Shown piece by piece: positions 1 to 11,539 of a DNA stretch of 40,603 nt; within the stretch, counting starts at the first letter, position 1; every line of letters begins with the position of its first letter. The notes beneath the pieces were generated by a model. That model ran no database searches, was not told where the DNA came from, and was given only the letters and a program-made list of their open reading frames with translations. The position numbers and the translations under genes were made by a program. The stretch is taken from assembly GCA_000934665.2 (NCBI GenBank), contig JYFJ02003521.1, positions 1 to 40,603 of the forward strand, in the 5' to 3' direction. This stretch comes from Catajapyx aquilonaris. Lineage: Eukaryota.

Positions 1-496
1 CATGGTCATGGCAGGTAGCCGACTCACCTCAGGGAGATAGCCACGGCGATGGCCATCTCGCGAGGTACTGTGAATTCAATCCTAACGGACATATTGGAGA
101 TGCACAAGCTGTCGGCCAGATGGGTAATCTGCGACTTGACGCCTGATCGGAAGCGGATCAGTGTGACACATTCACAGGCAACATTGGAGGAGTATCGGAG
201 GGACCAGGACACTTTTTGGCTCGTTACGTAACACAAGATGAGACCTGGCTCCATCATTATTCTCCTGAAACCTCCGTGGGACGCACTTCTCCAGTGACAA
301 TGAGGTGATAAGTGCAATGTATGGGTGGTTGGGTGGGGTCGAGGAAGATTTTTTTTTACACGGAATACAGAGGTTGGAGCACCGGTGGGACAAATGCATC
401 CTGGTTCAAGGTGACTACGTCGAAAAGTCTTAATAAAATTTTGACCATCAAACATGTCTTTCAACATCAGGCTCAGAACTTATTGGACGACCCTCG
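1..496 (+). mobile_element. Internally deleted mariner transposon remnant (right part)
   Basis: Translation gives ...ILTDILEMHKLSARWVICDL (mariner WVPHEL motif), then TQDETWLHHYSPET (~232-273, first catalytic D), then jumps to the C-terminus GIQRLEHRWDKCILVQGDYVEKS* (~362-433). Right TIR ACTTATTGGACGACCCTCG (478-496) is followed by TA. Confidence 0.9.
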
Positions 497-665
497 TATG
501 ATCCATGTGAAATTCCACTAGTCAATATTTTCATCGGAAAAATTAAATATGACAACTTTCATGCAATGTTACTTCTCAAAAAATCTTCATTTAGTGGATC
601 TAGTGTGTACGAGTTGAAGTGTCAAAAATGGCAGCAATTTTTTGGCACTACGCTGCTTATTACTG

Positions 666-1745
666 ACAAGGGAAGTGTAAGTGTTGACCGTGGAGTTTCT
701 GAATAAAACTTGGAACAGTAATAGAGGCAAGTAAGTTATTAAAGGAAATGCAAACAATTTAGGCGAATGCCCACAAGGTCAAAAGTTATGACCTCTCAAA
801 CTCACAAGGGACACTTTCCAAGGTCTCACCGATTTTCTTGAAATTCGGTACATTGGTAGGCCACCCCAAGGGATGAAAAACGCACCCTAAGTGACCTGCT
901 CAAAATGACCTGGTGACCAATTTTTGGGGGGCAGAGGTCAACTCTTAAATGATGAAAACTCACCCATTTTCTTGAAATTCGGTGCATTCATTGGTATCCC
1001 ACACTGTCATATTATACATAAGATGTGATCGTTGTACGGACATGATTGGAACACATTGTTACAAACTGTTGTAGGTGCTAATTTCATCTGCAGGTGGTTT
1101 ATGCTTCCGGCTTACAACAAATGAGGGAGCTTCTGAATTTTCCAAGAGCTATAAGCTGGATTTGATGCAAATCTGGCATGTAATTTGAGAAAAAATAATT
1201 TCTGTATTTTTTTTTCGAACAATTTCAGACGCGACTTTTTCAAATATGGCTGCGATCTAGCAATATAGCCGGTTGTAATCAGAGTAATTATCCCTTTCCA
1301 GTGATGCAATAAAATGTCTGCGTTTTTGAGTGCGACATCTGAAACTTCGCCCGTAAGGGATGAAAAACGCACCTAAAGTGACTGGCTCAAAATGACCTGG
1401 TGACCCCTTTTTGGGGGCTACCAATGCACCGAATTTCAAGAAAATGGGTGAGTTTTCGGCATTTAAGACTTGACCTCTGCCCCCCAAAAATGGGTCACCA
1501 GGTCATTTTGAGCAGGTCACTTTGGGTGCATTTTTCATCCCTTGGGGTGGCCTACAAATGTACCGAATTTCAAGAAAATCGGTGAGACCTTGGAAAGTGT
1601 CCCTTGTGAGTTCGAGAGGTCATAACTTTTGACCTTGTGGGCATTTGCCTAAATTGTTTGCATTTTCTTTAATAACTTACCTGCCTATATTATTGTTCCA
1701 AGTTTCATTCAGAAACTCCACGGACAACACTTACACTTCCCTTGT
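666..1745. mobile_element. Non-autonomous fold-back element with ~330-bp terminal inverted repeats
   Basis: 666-~995 (ACAAGGGAAGTGTAAGTGTTGACCGTGGAG...) is the reverse complement of ~1420-1745 (...CTCCACGGACAACACTTACACTTCCCTTGT). The motif ATTTTCTTGAAATTCGGT repeats internally. No clear TSD; superfamily unassigned. Confidence 0.85.
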
Positions 1746-2565
1746 GAGATGTTCCTTACAAACAGTTACTGTTACAAATTAATTATCAAGAAAATTAGTG
1801 CTCATATTAGGTTAAATGGAAGCAAGGGGTAAGTCAGTTGATGTTTTAGTGCAAAATGGACTTGGAATTCATGGAAGTCTAGCTGGACTTTTCACAGGCC
1901 TTACACTTACTGTACTACATGATGTAATGGCACTGGACGATTGTGCAATATTACTTCAGGCTTGTCCAGTTACAGCTGTATGGAAAGTAGGCAAGGGAGG
2001 TCCAATTATCATCATCATCCACTCTAGCCAACCTTACCAAACCTGGGCTGACACTCTTATATCCCCTCAATGCTAAAATAAACAGGTCTGAAGTGAAGAA
2101 GCACAATTTTTCCAGTTGCACAATATCATCGTAGTACACTACAAGAAAATACCATTGCACTAGGTCTCAATTTCTTGCAAAGTATACAACTGACTTCCAG
2201 AATAAATTAGCCAATTGACAACATCCTCCAGACCATGCAAGGAATTAATTTCTGGGCTCAAGTTATTGAAATTTAACCAATATTTCCCACAGGCATGTGA
2301 GGTCCATGACTGAGCCCATTTTTGCAGCCCAGACCTTCCTGCATTAAAATGGATGTTGTCATTCAACCTACTATTAGCAGCTATTATTTTCACAGCAAAA
2401 CAAGCCATTCTACAAGTAGCTATTCCACAAATAATAATTGTCCAAACAAGCAGCTTAGTGAAAAATATCACTAACAACTACAGACATGTCCATTGGAACC
2501 GAGTGTGTACAAAATTTTTGCACCTTCTCATGTCCAGCCACTCCAGAGTCACTGATCATTTAAAG

Positions 2566-2749
2566 CAACGGTTCTTAACCTGGGGTTCCCGCTGGCGGTG
2601 CGAGGTGGCTCCCCTGGGAGTGTGAGCAAGGTGCACCTCTGGACTTACTCTAACTATGAACTTAATCAATCACCCCTGGTATAGGGGGTGGGACAAGGAT
2701 CAACTATCTTCAACGGGGTGCGGAGGTACGAAAAGGTTAAGAACCACCG
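2566..2749. mobile_element. hAT-type MITE
   Basis: TIRs CAACGGTTCTTAACC / GGTTAAGAACCACCG with a perfect 8-bp TSD ATTTAAAG (2558-2565, 2750-2757). Confidence 0.9.
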
Positions 2750-2820
2750 ATTTAAAGGATAATTATGTTTCATATATTGCCATGAAGCACAACAGAAAGT
2801 GTGTGAAGGAGTGTATTTAA

Positions 2821-2967
2821 GGGCCGTTTTCTCGAACAGTGGTTCAAATGTAAACCGGGTTCAAAGCCAGTTTAATCCCTGATTTTATTGTTGTTAGGCT
2901 GTTGTCAAGGGTTTAAACTGGCTTTGAACCGGGTTTACATTTGAACCACTATTCGAGAAAACGGCCA
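2821..2967. mobile_element. PIF/Harbinger (Tourist-like) hairpin MITE
   Basis: GGCCGTTTTCTCGAACAGTGGTTCAAATGTAAACC... is inverted as ...GGTTTACATTTGAACCACTATTCGAGAAAACGGCC; flanked by TAA / TCA. Confidence 0.8.
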
Positions 2968-3512
2968 TCAATCATTCAACAGTTCAAGAAAACCATTATT
3001 TCTGAAAAACAGCTGGCAAAAATTATTCCATATTGTAAGCATGTTACAAATTTTTTTAAATGTGGCAAGTGCCATTTTCCCATTGTTGGCAAGGGGACAA
3101 AGAAATATTCCCAGTGTATAATCACAGCAATAACTCGCAGTGGGATGAAAATTCAACCCATTTTGTCATTTTGATTATTTGGACTGCAAAACATGCACCC
3201 AATGAAAGTTGCACATCCTTTGTGCCTATCCCAAGTTTCACCTTGCCACTTTGCCCTGTGATTTTGGTGGAGGTTTAAGGAGCAAAGGGATTGCAACTTG
3301 CATGGGGCATCCTCTTTATAGCACTTAATGTGTGATCCCAAGCTTGCCAGAAAGGGTTGTAGAGAACGTATAAGCCAAAAACAGCTAAATTTAATTCATA
3401 GCTCCTCATTCACATCTTTAAAAAAAATCTCACATTCCTTCAAAAGTTCCCTTTCTCACAAGCCTGGAAACACACCTTCAGTCAGCAATACATGATGATT
3501 GCATATCCATAC

Positions 3513-6500
3513 CTCTGTGTAGCGTTCCTGTATCTGAGAGAGCTCATCACTCATAGGCACCACTATCACTTCAATCTGGCGTCTAAATGTGTATGGTTGT
3601 ATATCAAGGGATTCCTCCACGCGTAACTCAACATGAGCTATCAACAAGTTCTCCACAACCTGTTTCATGGCCTGGAGATCACTTCCCGGGGTAGCACTTA
3701 AGGCAAGGACTCGAAACTGGTTAGTCTGCAAGCTCAGCAGTCTGATTACTTCACAATATGAATGGTTCCCCGTGGCTTTGTGTGCCTCATCAAACACCAC
3801 AAGCTTGACCCAGTGAGCAGGACAGATCTCAGATGTCAAATCATTCATCATTATCTGAGGGGTCATGAAGAAGACACGTTTTTCTCGCCACACATGTTCT
3901 CTAAGACGAGGGTTCATCTTTCCTGTGATTTCTACTGTATCATTCATTGGAATTGCCATTATATTGTAACAAGCTTCAGTCTGCTGTGCTACTAAGGGCC
4001 TGGTAGGAGCTAAGAATACCACTTTTGACTGTGGATACCACCGGTAGTAGTTGTAGATCAGCACAGCAGCTATGAACGTCTTCCCAAGACCTAAGAAAAG
4101 TTATAGAGATGTTACAATAAACAAGGCATAGTAGTCCTATGACAACAATGTATAAGCATTTCTAAGGCTGCCATATCAAACATAACAGCCAGACTTGCAA
4201 CAGCAGTTACATATGATCTTCTGAGAAAAATATATGCCTCAATGGCTTTACTGCTGTCAATATTAAATAGCCAGAAAAACAAAAAAAAAACTGACAACTG
4301 TACATACTGTATCAAGGGGGTGCGCACCATGAGTTAAACTGTACACTGGAGTTCGGAGTTCGGTGAAGTTCGGTCGGATTTTGGTGGAATTCGGTGGAAT
4401 ATGGTCGGAGTTCGGTCGAATTCGATTAGTAGGGGAGACTGGGGCACGATGGCTACAGGGGTACGATGGCACAGTCAAATTTGCGAAGCGGCTATTAGGT
4501 TCACTGACCTGATGCTTATGTGAGAGGTGCAGATAGACACGCTCCATATTACATACTATTTTCAATTCAATCGCAAAAGACTGTCGGCGGCAGTACCAAT
4601 TTTTTCAGTTTTTGGCCATTTGAGTCAATTTCCAATTTTCATTCGTTTTTCTTTTTTCTTCCAATGGAAGTGCTAGATCACCCAGCCCAATGATGAGTTT
4701 GTAAGGCAGAATATCTGCCTACAAAATGACAGCATAAATGGCCATTTAATATTTGTCACTCAAGAGTAGGAAGACTCTAAAGGTAAAAAAATGACTACAG
4801 GGTATGATGGCACATTTTGCATGGGGCACGTTGGCACATGTCCCTACCAACCTTGGCGGACCATGGCAAACCGCGGCAGCCTCTACTGCCTCTCCCCTGT
4901 CACTTATTAGGCCAGGCCCATGCACCTGAAGCACGGTCTTAATTTCCTTGGATGATGTTTTATTTTGAGGCGTCGTTGGGTTGTGGTTTGTTTTGGTACA
5001 CTCGCCCTTTCAAAGAGTGCCATAAGAAGCAATTCGGCGGCATAAGATCAGGGCGACTGTGTGGGTCAAAGGCCCTTCTAAATGACTCTGTTGCCTACAA
5101 AGGATGCCATGCTGGCGTGTTATGTGAGGCATGTGTACTGAAACAAACGATTATTCATCGACACCTTGAAAGGAAACATCATCTGAGAAATTCAGGCAGG
5201 GCCTCAGGACATGCTGGCCAGGTCCTTCCAAAATATTGAGTGTCGTGTTGGGGTCTGGCCATTTTGAAAAAGACCACTCCCTGGAATGGACGGTTTGAAA
5301 TGGAGCATTCCGCGGTCTGGGCGTATTTTTCACCCAATGGCCGTTTTTGGGGTTTGAGCCTAACATATCCACCTATGGACATCCATCACAACAATAAATA
5401 TTCGTTATTGCAATATTAGTGTAAGAAAGGCACACCTGTTGGCAATGTCACTAAAGTGTTCTTGAATATAGCCGCTCTGACTATATCATACTGATAATTC
5501 CTCTTAGGGTAGTTTGTTGGGTAAATCCAAGTATGACCTGCAGGCACATCAAATCCAGGCAGGTCTTCACAGGGGATTCCTGTTTCCACATCTCCTGGAG
5601 CAACTGCAACTTCATCACCAGCTGTAATTAATCCTGAGGTAGACGCAATGGGGCCATGAACATCTGCTTTGACCAGTCCTGATGTAGAAGCAGTTAGGTC
5701 CTCACTCCTATATATCTGCTCTATCTCATACTGCCTGCAACACATTGCAGAAGAAAGTTAATTAAAGTTCTTCATACACCTGACTTAGGGCCGGTTGCAT
5801 CAACGCAAGTTTTCTCTAAACCTGTGGTTACCAGGCAGTAAATCAGTGATTAACGAAATACTTGTTGTATCACCACGAGTTTGCGCAAACCTGCAGTTCA
5901 ATCTCGGGTGAACACTAAGCTCCCAATTTTCTCGGGTTAAGGAGGAAAACCTGTGGTTTTCTTGTTCGAACACGGCCGTGTTTCTACTTATCTAGTTGTT
6001 TTTGAGGGCATTTTCAGGTGAATATGCACGGAATACCTCTAAAATTGTTGCCGAGGACTCCACAAAGGACCGGGAGTACACTGGGTGCGACACTAGGGCG
6101 AAACTGCCCCGGAAAAAGGCTGGCAAGGATCAGGGGCAAAACAGCTTTTTTTTTAGCAGGCGACGAGAGCACTGCCGATGGGGTCAGTAACCCCCCAACA
6201 TTTGAATTAAAGATGGGGGCTCTCTGTGGGGGCCGCAATGTTTGGTGGGTCCCATGATGTACACGTCACGTGATATTTCCAGCCAATCGGCTGCCGCAGT
6301 GGAGGGATTTGGAATGGCCCCTGAGGTAATAGCGTAAGTTTTCTAACCACAGGTTAAGTTAGCCAGAGATCCTCCTCAAACCCTAATGGGTAGCAAAGGG
6401 GCAAACAAATAAAAAATAACAAATAAAAAAGTTAGCCAGAGATGTGTTGATACAAAGCATGTCGGAGTTTTCTGAAAACCTCCAGTTTTTATACCTCTGA

Positions 6501-6980
6501 TTTTCTCCTAAGTCGTGTTGATACAACCGGGCCTTATCTGATTCGTCAAGTTCCTGGGTTAGTATTTCTTGAGTTACACCAATAAGGTGGATAAGAAGCA
6601 AAATTTCATCATCTAGGACTTTCATGAAATTTGCAGGATTTGTACAAGTACAATGAAAGGTTCTCTTTTCAACTACTTGAAAATATGTGACCATTACCAG
6701 TCAAACTAGTGTACCAGACATTTCAGAAGTTGTTGCTTAATTTAAACATGAAAGTAAATAATATACTGATTTTTTTCTTCCAATATGCACAAGTATGTAC
6801 TTTTTACCTTGCACTTTCAACCATAGCTTTAAGTAGCTCTGGATCATCGTCTGGCCAATCATCCTCTTCATTTTGCATGTCCGGTCCTCGTTTAGATGCA
6901 GAAGTGGAAGGGCCAGCATGACTTGGGCCCGATCCATCACTTGGTGCCCAAGAGTCTAACAACGTGATTTGCCTTTTCAT
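3513..6980 (-). CDS. FANCM: Fanconi anemia group M protein (DEAH helicase/translocase), 5' coding exons; gene continues beyond the left edge
   Basis: Exons 6980-6808 (MKRQITLLDSWAP..., resembling the FANCM N-terminal RQxTL motif), 5734-5436 (WIYPTNYPKRNYQYDIVRAAIFKNTLVTLPT) and 4090-3513 (GLGKTFIAAV, FLAPTRPLVAQQ, DEAHKATGNHSY, LALSATPG). GT-AG phases 2/1/0 are consistent, 350 codons. The Walker A LPTGLGKT is rebuilt across a junction. No further exons were recognised in 1-3512. Confidence 0.95.
4430..4846. mobile_element. Probable DNA-transposon-derived element
   Basis: Short inverted ends TAGGGGA / TCCCTA, with a repeated GGGGYACGWTGGCAC-like motif near both ends. Confidence 0.4.
4940..5120 (-). 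mobile_element. Degenerate Tc1/Tc3-like transposase fragment
   Basis: Minus strand reads NRVI*KGL*PTQS-PDL..PPNCFLWHSLKGRVYQNKP, matching the IISKGLWPPRSPDL..DFFLWG.LK..VY.NKP motif of Tc1/Tc3 DDE transposases, with stops and a frameshift. Confidence 0.7.
5788..6533. mobile_element. PIF/Harbinger non-autonomous element
   Basis: TIRs GGGCCGGTTGCATCAAC / GTTGATACAACCGGGCC with a TTA TSD on both sides; internal AAACCTGTGGTT-like sub-repeats. Confidence 0.85.
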
Positions 6981-7291
6981 AGTTTCATGATGTTTCGCTC
7001 AATCTGTAAAAATAGAAAATATTTTACCTGCACACAGTTTTACAAACACTAAGAGATAAATATTTTTACAACATGAGAAGCATACTCCTGGATTAAATTA
7101 TGGCAGCACAGGAATGAAGTGAATACTGTGTTTTCAGATAATGTTCCATGTATGTGACAGTAGCTATCAATGATAGTGTGAACACTGCAATGTTCTTCTT
7201 TCAGACCTCACTATCATTTCCTGTAGCAACACCATCATACCACATTCACCCAGGAATGTTGCTGTAACAGTAAAAAGTTGTCTTATGAGTA

Positions 7292-7889
7292 CAGATGGCC
7301 CTGCTTATCCACAGGTTCCATATCTGCAGATTCGACTAAAATATTCTGAAAAAACAAACATAAATCTCTGAGGAGCAAAACTGGATTTTTTTTATTTATT
7401 TATTTATTTTACCCGGCAATATGGCTCATAGGGGGGTGGCACACCAACATCACTTTTCTAGAGTAGTTTTTCTTCAGTCTCCGGTGCAAGGAATCAAGGA
7501 CACAGGGTAAGGATAGGGATTCTTGGGGAGGGGACACGGGTGCAAGTGCATTGTCTCAAATTGGGCCATGTGCAGTCCCCCAGGAGGTTAGGTTGCCAGA
7601 CACCTCCAAGGTGCAGGTCAGAGACCCTACCAACGCAGGCGAAAGGGAACTCCCAGGCGGGGATCGAACCTGGGACCTTTCACTCAGCAAGCCGAGACAT
7701 TACCATCTCAGTTACCACACCTTCCCATCAAAACTGGAATTTACATATAGCATTTATACATAGCTATTAGGTATTGTGATCTAGAGCTGATTAAACATAT
7801 ATCAGAGAATGTGATTAGGTTTTATTTAAGGTACTTGAGCATCTGCAGAAGGTCCTGGAGCCAATCCCCCACAGATAAGGAGGCGACTG
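7292..7889. mobile_element. Tigger/pogo-type MITE (MER2-like), interrupted by a SINE
   Basis: Left end TA|CAGATGGCCCTGCTTATCCACAGGTTCCATATCTGCAGATTCGAC; right end GGTCCTGGAGCCAATCCCCCACAGATAAGGAGGCGACTG. Resemblance to mammalian MER2 is from memory. Confidence 0.7.
7386..7729 (-). mobile_element. tRNA-derived SINE
   Basis: Minus-strand head has A-box-like TAACTGAGATGG and B-box GGTTCGATCCC; 3' tail is (AAAT)n/poly-A; flanked by direct repeat AAAACTGGA (7377-7385, 7730-7738). Confidence 0.85.
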
Positions 7890-8624
7890 TGGTGAAAAAT
7901 GGTTTTCAACATTTTTGTACACCACATTATTATGACTTGCTCACATGATCTGTAATAGATTCATATCAATGAGCACTTGCTAGCTGTGGATGAGTTTAGT
8001 CAATTTGTGCCATGCTTGTGCTGACACTGCAATGTTTCCATGCCATTTACACATGTTACATCGTGAAGAAAAGGTACCCTGACATTCTGGCAGAAATTCG
8101 CAATGATTTCATCCTCTCCTACACCAAACTGGCACCACCAGTAAAGAAGAGAATAATATTAAAATAACATTATTGCCTCACAAACATCCCACTATTACAT
8201 CCTTCCTTCATGCAGCCATCAAGGTACCTTCAGAGGTATACTGTACGTACATACACCAATACAATGACACAAGGCCCACAATACTGATAGTTGTGATTTG
8301 GGTCAAAGTTTCCAGAAAGAGGACTTGTCAGCTTATGTGGATGAGAAAGTGAAGAATGAGCATCAGATCTCCCAGATCATTGCTAATACATGATTGATCT
8401 CCCCCCACCATTAACCTGTTATGTTACCTGGGCTCAATGTAAGATTGTGGCCAGTATCATTATAACCCCAGCTATTTCAACCTCTAAATGTACTGAACAG
8501 CTGCTTGGCATCAAGAGGCACAAGCACATATGCACATATGGAGCACCTAGCCCAAGATTGCAGCAGAAGTTACTACCATAACCAATCACAAAATGGATTT
8601 AACAACAAGTCACTCATATAAATA

Positions 8625-9539
8625 CAGGGTCATAAAAAAATATGCGCGAATTTTAAAACCCTCTAACTCAAAAACTTGTAGACATATCTAAATGATTTAA
8701 GTTTTGAAATGCTAAGAAATGTCGAAAGTTTTGGACTCACCTTAGTTTGTTTCGATATGAGCTCAATTTTTCGCTCAACAGATAAAAAAAGACGGTTTTT
8801 GGTACGCCCAATGATATCTAAAGTTACTATTGCAATCCTATCCTGTAGGTAATGGATATTTCGTATCATTACATCACACATTGTTATTGATGATTCAAAT
8901 AAAAATGTCGCCTCATCCATGAAACAAACCTGACTGTAGAAAAGTTTCATTTGTTCAGCCTCCCAGTGTGCGAAGTCTAGAATGAGAAGTTTCCCCATGC
9001 CTAGCCCACCCAAAAGACCAGATCTTACCCCGATTGACTTTTTCATGGAGATACACGTGCAGTGAAAAGATTCGGCATATTCAGCGCCTGCCGGAAAAGA
9101 TTTCAACAGAAAAGCCAGACATTCCTATGTGGGTTAGGCACGACACCAATGACCATATTTAAATTTTCAGAATGACAAATTGTGCTCATATCGAAACAAA
9201 CTAAGGTGAAGTAGGGGAAGTGCACACCCGGGGTAAGTGCACATATTGTGCCGCCATATTGGAATGAAAATGGCTGACGACACCAAAACGCGTCAGCTAT
9301 GTAGCTGCACAGTGCAGCTACATAGCTGATGCGTTTTGGTGTCGTCAGCCATTTTCATTCCAATATGGCGGCACAATATGTGCACTTACCCCGGGTGTGC
9401 ACTTCCCCCACTTCACCCTACATGGTAAGACCAGAACTTTAGACATTTCTTAGCATTTCAAAACTTAAATCATTTAGATGACTACAAGTTTTCGAGTTAT
9501 AGGGTTTTTAAATCTGCGCATTCATTTTCGATCGCCCTG
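8625..9539. mobile_element. Tc1/mariner non-autonomous element with long TIRs
   Basis: TA|CAGGGT... / ...CCCTG|TA with ~140-bp imperfect TIRs. Internal transposase remnants: VCFMDEATF on minus, PPKRPDLTPIDFF on plus. Confidence 0.85.
9202..9420. repeat. 219-bp near-perfect palindrome (hairpin MITE) nested in the right TIR of the Tc1-like element
   Basis: Arms are reverse complements with about 3 mismatches; centre GTAGCTGCAC-A-GTGCAGCTAC at 9311. Confidence 0.9.
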
Positions 9540-9870
9540 TATATGTACAAAATATTCTAATTACTTTTGCTTGGAAACTTGCAACTCCCTTCTGATTGGT
9601 TCAATTGCTTTTATTACATTGATAACGTGTTAATAAGTGGGGTTAACTTGCATCTCCTTCATCTCAACTACCCCCTATATGGAAAATCTTGTCATGATGA
9701 GAATGATGATGGTAACTTATGCCCATGCTTTTGTTACAATCTTGGGCTTGATACCCCATAGTCAGGGTGCAACCTGATGCACCTATAAGTTATACTAATT
9801 TCACTTAGTATACATCACAGGTGGGTCAAGCATACTCAGCACCAGGGGGTGGATACGTGCAAACTAGATG

Positions 9871-9975
9871 TACTATATCGCTCAAAAACATAGAGACGAT
9901 TTTGCATTTGACTCACATGCAGCCTGCACTTGAATCAAATGCAACATCATCTCTATGTTTTTGAGCGATATAGTG
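9871..9975. mobile_element. Small hairpin MITE with CACTA-like termini
   Basis: TACTATATCGCTCAAAAACATAGAGA... / ...TCTCTATGTTTTTGAGCGATATAGTG. Confidence 0.7.
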
Positions 9976-10228
9976 CTAACTGTACTATGTATGCATAGGA
10001 GCAAGATCAACATTAATAACTTTCAAACTATGACCAGAGTCTACCTTGCTGGACCCCATGCTAACCCCCCTGTAAACATCACTGCTTCCTCTTCATGTAA
10101 CAATTTTGTTTCATGGGCAATTTCGAAATGATTTTTAATGGGTATGGCATTTAATACTGCCAGACCTTTCAAATTTTTATCATTTGATTATGTTAGGATA
10201 TGTAGTATGGTTGGTTAGGGTATGTTAA

Positions 10229-10374
10229 GGAGGTTCCACAAGCTCATGAGAATCTGTAATAGCATGAGCAAGAAGCCAATTCTCACACCCCTTTCATCAA
10301 ATGATTCTTGCTCATGCTAAAATGTCACAAATTTGCTCGAAAACACCTATTCTCACGAGCTTGTGAACAAACCT
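10229..10374. mobile_element. Short TTAA-flanked MITE (Kolobok-like)
   Basis: CACAAGCTCATGAGAAT is inverted as ATTCTCACGAGCTTGTG; TTAA on both flanks. Confidence 0.5.
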
Positions 10375-10774
10375 TTAAATTCTAGTAAATCACATTAAAT
10401 TCCATTGTCCAGACATGGCTGTGACGATGGCAGTGTAGCCAAGACTACACATCCTCAAAGATTAAATTCTTGGTATTGGCTTACACTTTGCCATGGGACC
10501 ATATCAATAACATCCCAGCTTCTGGTATTTCATGGTTCAGCAGTTCAGCAGCAAGAGTGCACGATACATCCAGCTAGGTGACTGGTACCATGGGAATGGC
10601 AAGCAGTGATACTTGCATTAATGTGGGCAGAGTAGACTTGGGCTGCATCCAACTTGCACTGTACAACTTGTTAATGCATTATACTTACAGTATCCACAGC
10701 CAGATACATTATAAGACTTAATTACAAAGCAGTTGCTGAAATGGCAAAGACGCCATCCAACATGTAGAACTTAA

Positions 10775-11077
10775 CCCTGGAACCGTTCCGTGCCTACGAG
10801 TATTACGGCAACCGTGCCGTGGGGTCTTTTCGGACCCCACCATATTTTAATTTTTATTAATTATTACATGATACTTTTTTTTAGATACCGTATTACATAG
10901 TGTAATATTTAAATTTAATATTCAGTGTCTGTCATTTGTGATGGGCAGGAGTGGGACAGGTTGTTTATAGGTTTATTTTCACAAGTTTTAATTTAGTTCA
11001 TATGTTGGGTTAGCTTGCATCTCCCTTCATCGCTGACTACCCCTCATAGGCAAATGTCGTGATGTTGATGTTGATGT

Positions 11078-11108
<31 letters not shown>

Positions 11109-11302
11109 ATGATACTTTTCAATGTATTGACTATATACAATCATTCTTTGAACAATCCCTAAAATGATCGCTAATTCAAAATAAACCTGCACTTCCTGTT
11201 ATATACTGTAAAAAAAAAATGGCAAAAGTTCATTGTAACGATCATTTTAATGCCTTTTTTTTCCTTGGGGTCCAAAAAGACCCCCACGGCACAGTTCCAG
11301 GG
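10775..11302. mobile_element. piggyBac-type MITE
   Basis: TTAA|CCCTGGAACCGT...GCCGTGGGGTCTTT / AAAGACCCCCACGGCACAGTTCCAGGG|TTAA. Confidence 0.85.
11007..11108 (+). repeat. Retroposon 3'-end fragment with (GAT)n tail; second copy at ~9639-9712
   Basis: GGGTTAGCTTGCATCTCCCTTCATC..CTACCCC..ATAGGCAAATGTCGTGATG followed by (GAT)n; similar to GGGTTAACTTGCATCTCCTTCATCTCAACTACCCCCTATATGGAAAATCTTGTCATGATG at ~9640. Confidence 0.6.
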
Positions 11303-11539
11303 TTAAAAAACCGCAACATACAGCTCAGAAACCAGTTGGTTCTTATTACATGTACCAATCCCTGTCCCACCCAAAGGAATACCCTAATGCATGGCTACTC
11401 AAATTATCCTGTAGCAAGTGAACCTGTGACATTTACCTTTCAAAAACTACAAGTCCTCCAATCGCCCCTAACCTCAATCACCGTACCAGTCTTTATACAA
11501 GAACTCCGGTGTACTTTTTCCATGTTAACAGAACACTAC

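Noticed and set aside
1750..3450. Further FANCM exons or a nested gene
   Set aside because: I found no match to the expected downstream FANCM motifs (HPKL, STCVGEEGLDI, QRMGRTGR); the ORFs here lack recognisable features.
7640..7729. tRNA-like sequence as a real tRNA gene
   Set aside because: It continues into a ~250-bp body with an A-rich tail and TSD, and lacks a clean acceptor stem, so it is a SINE head.
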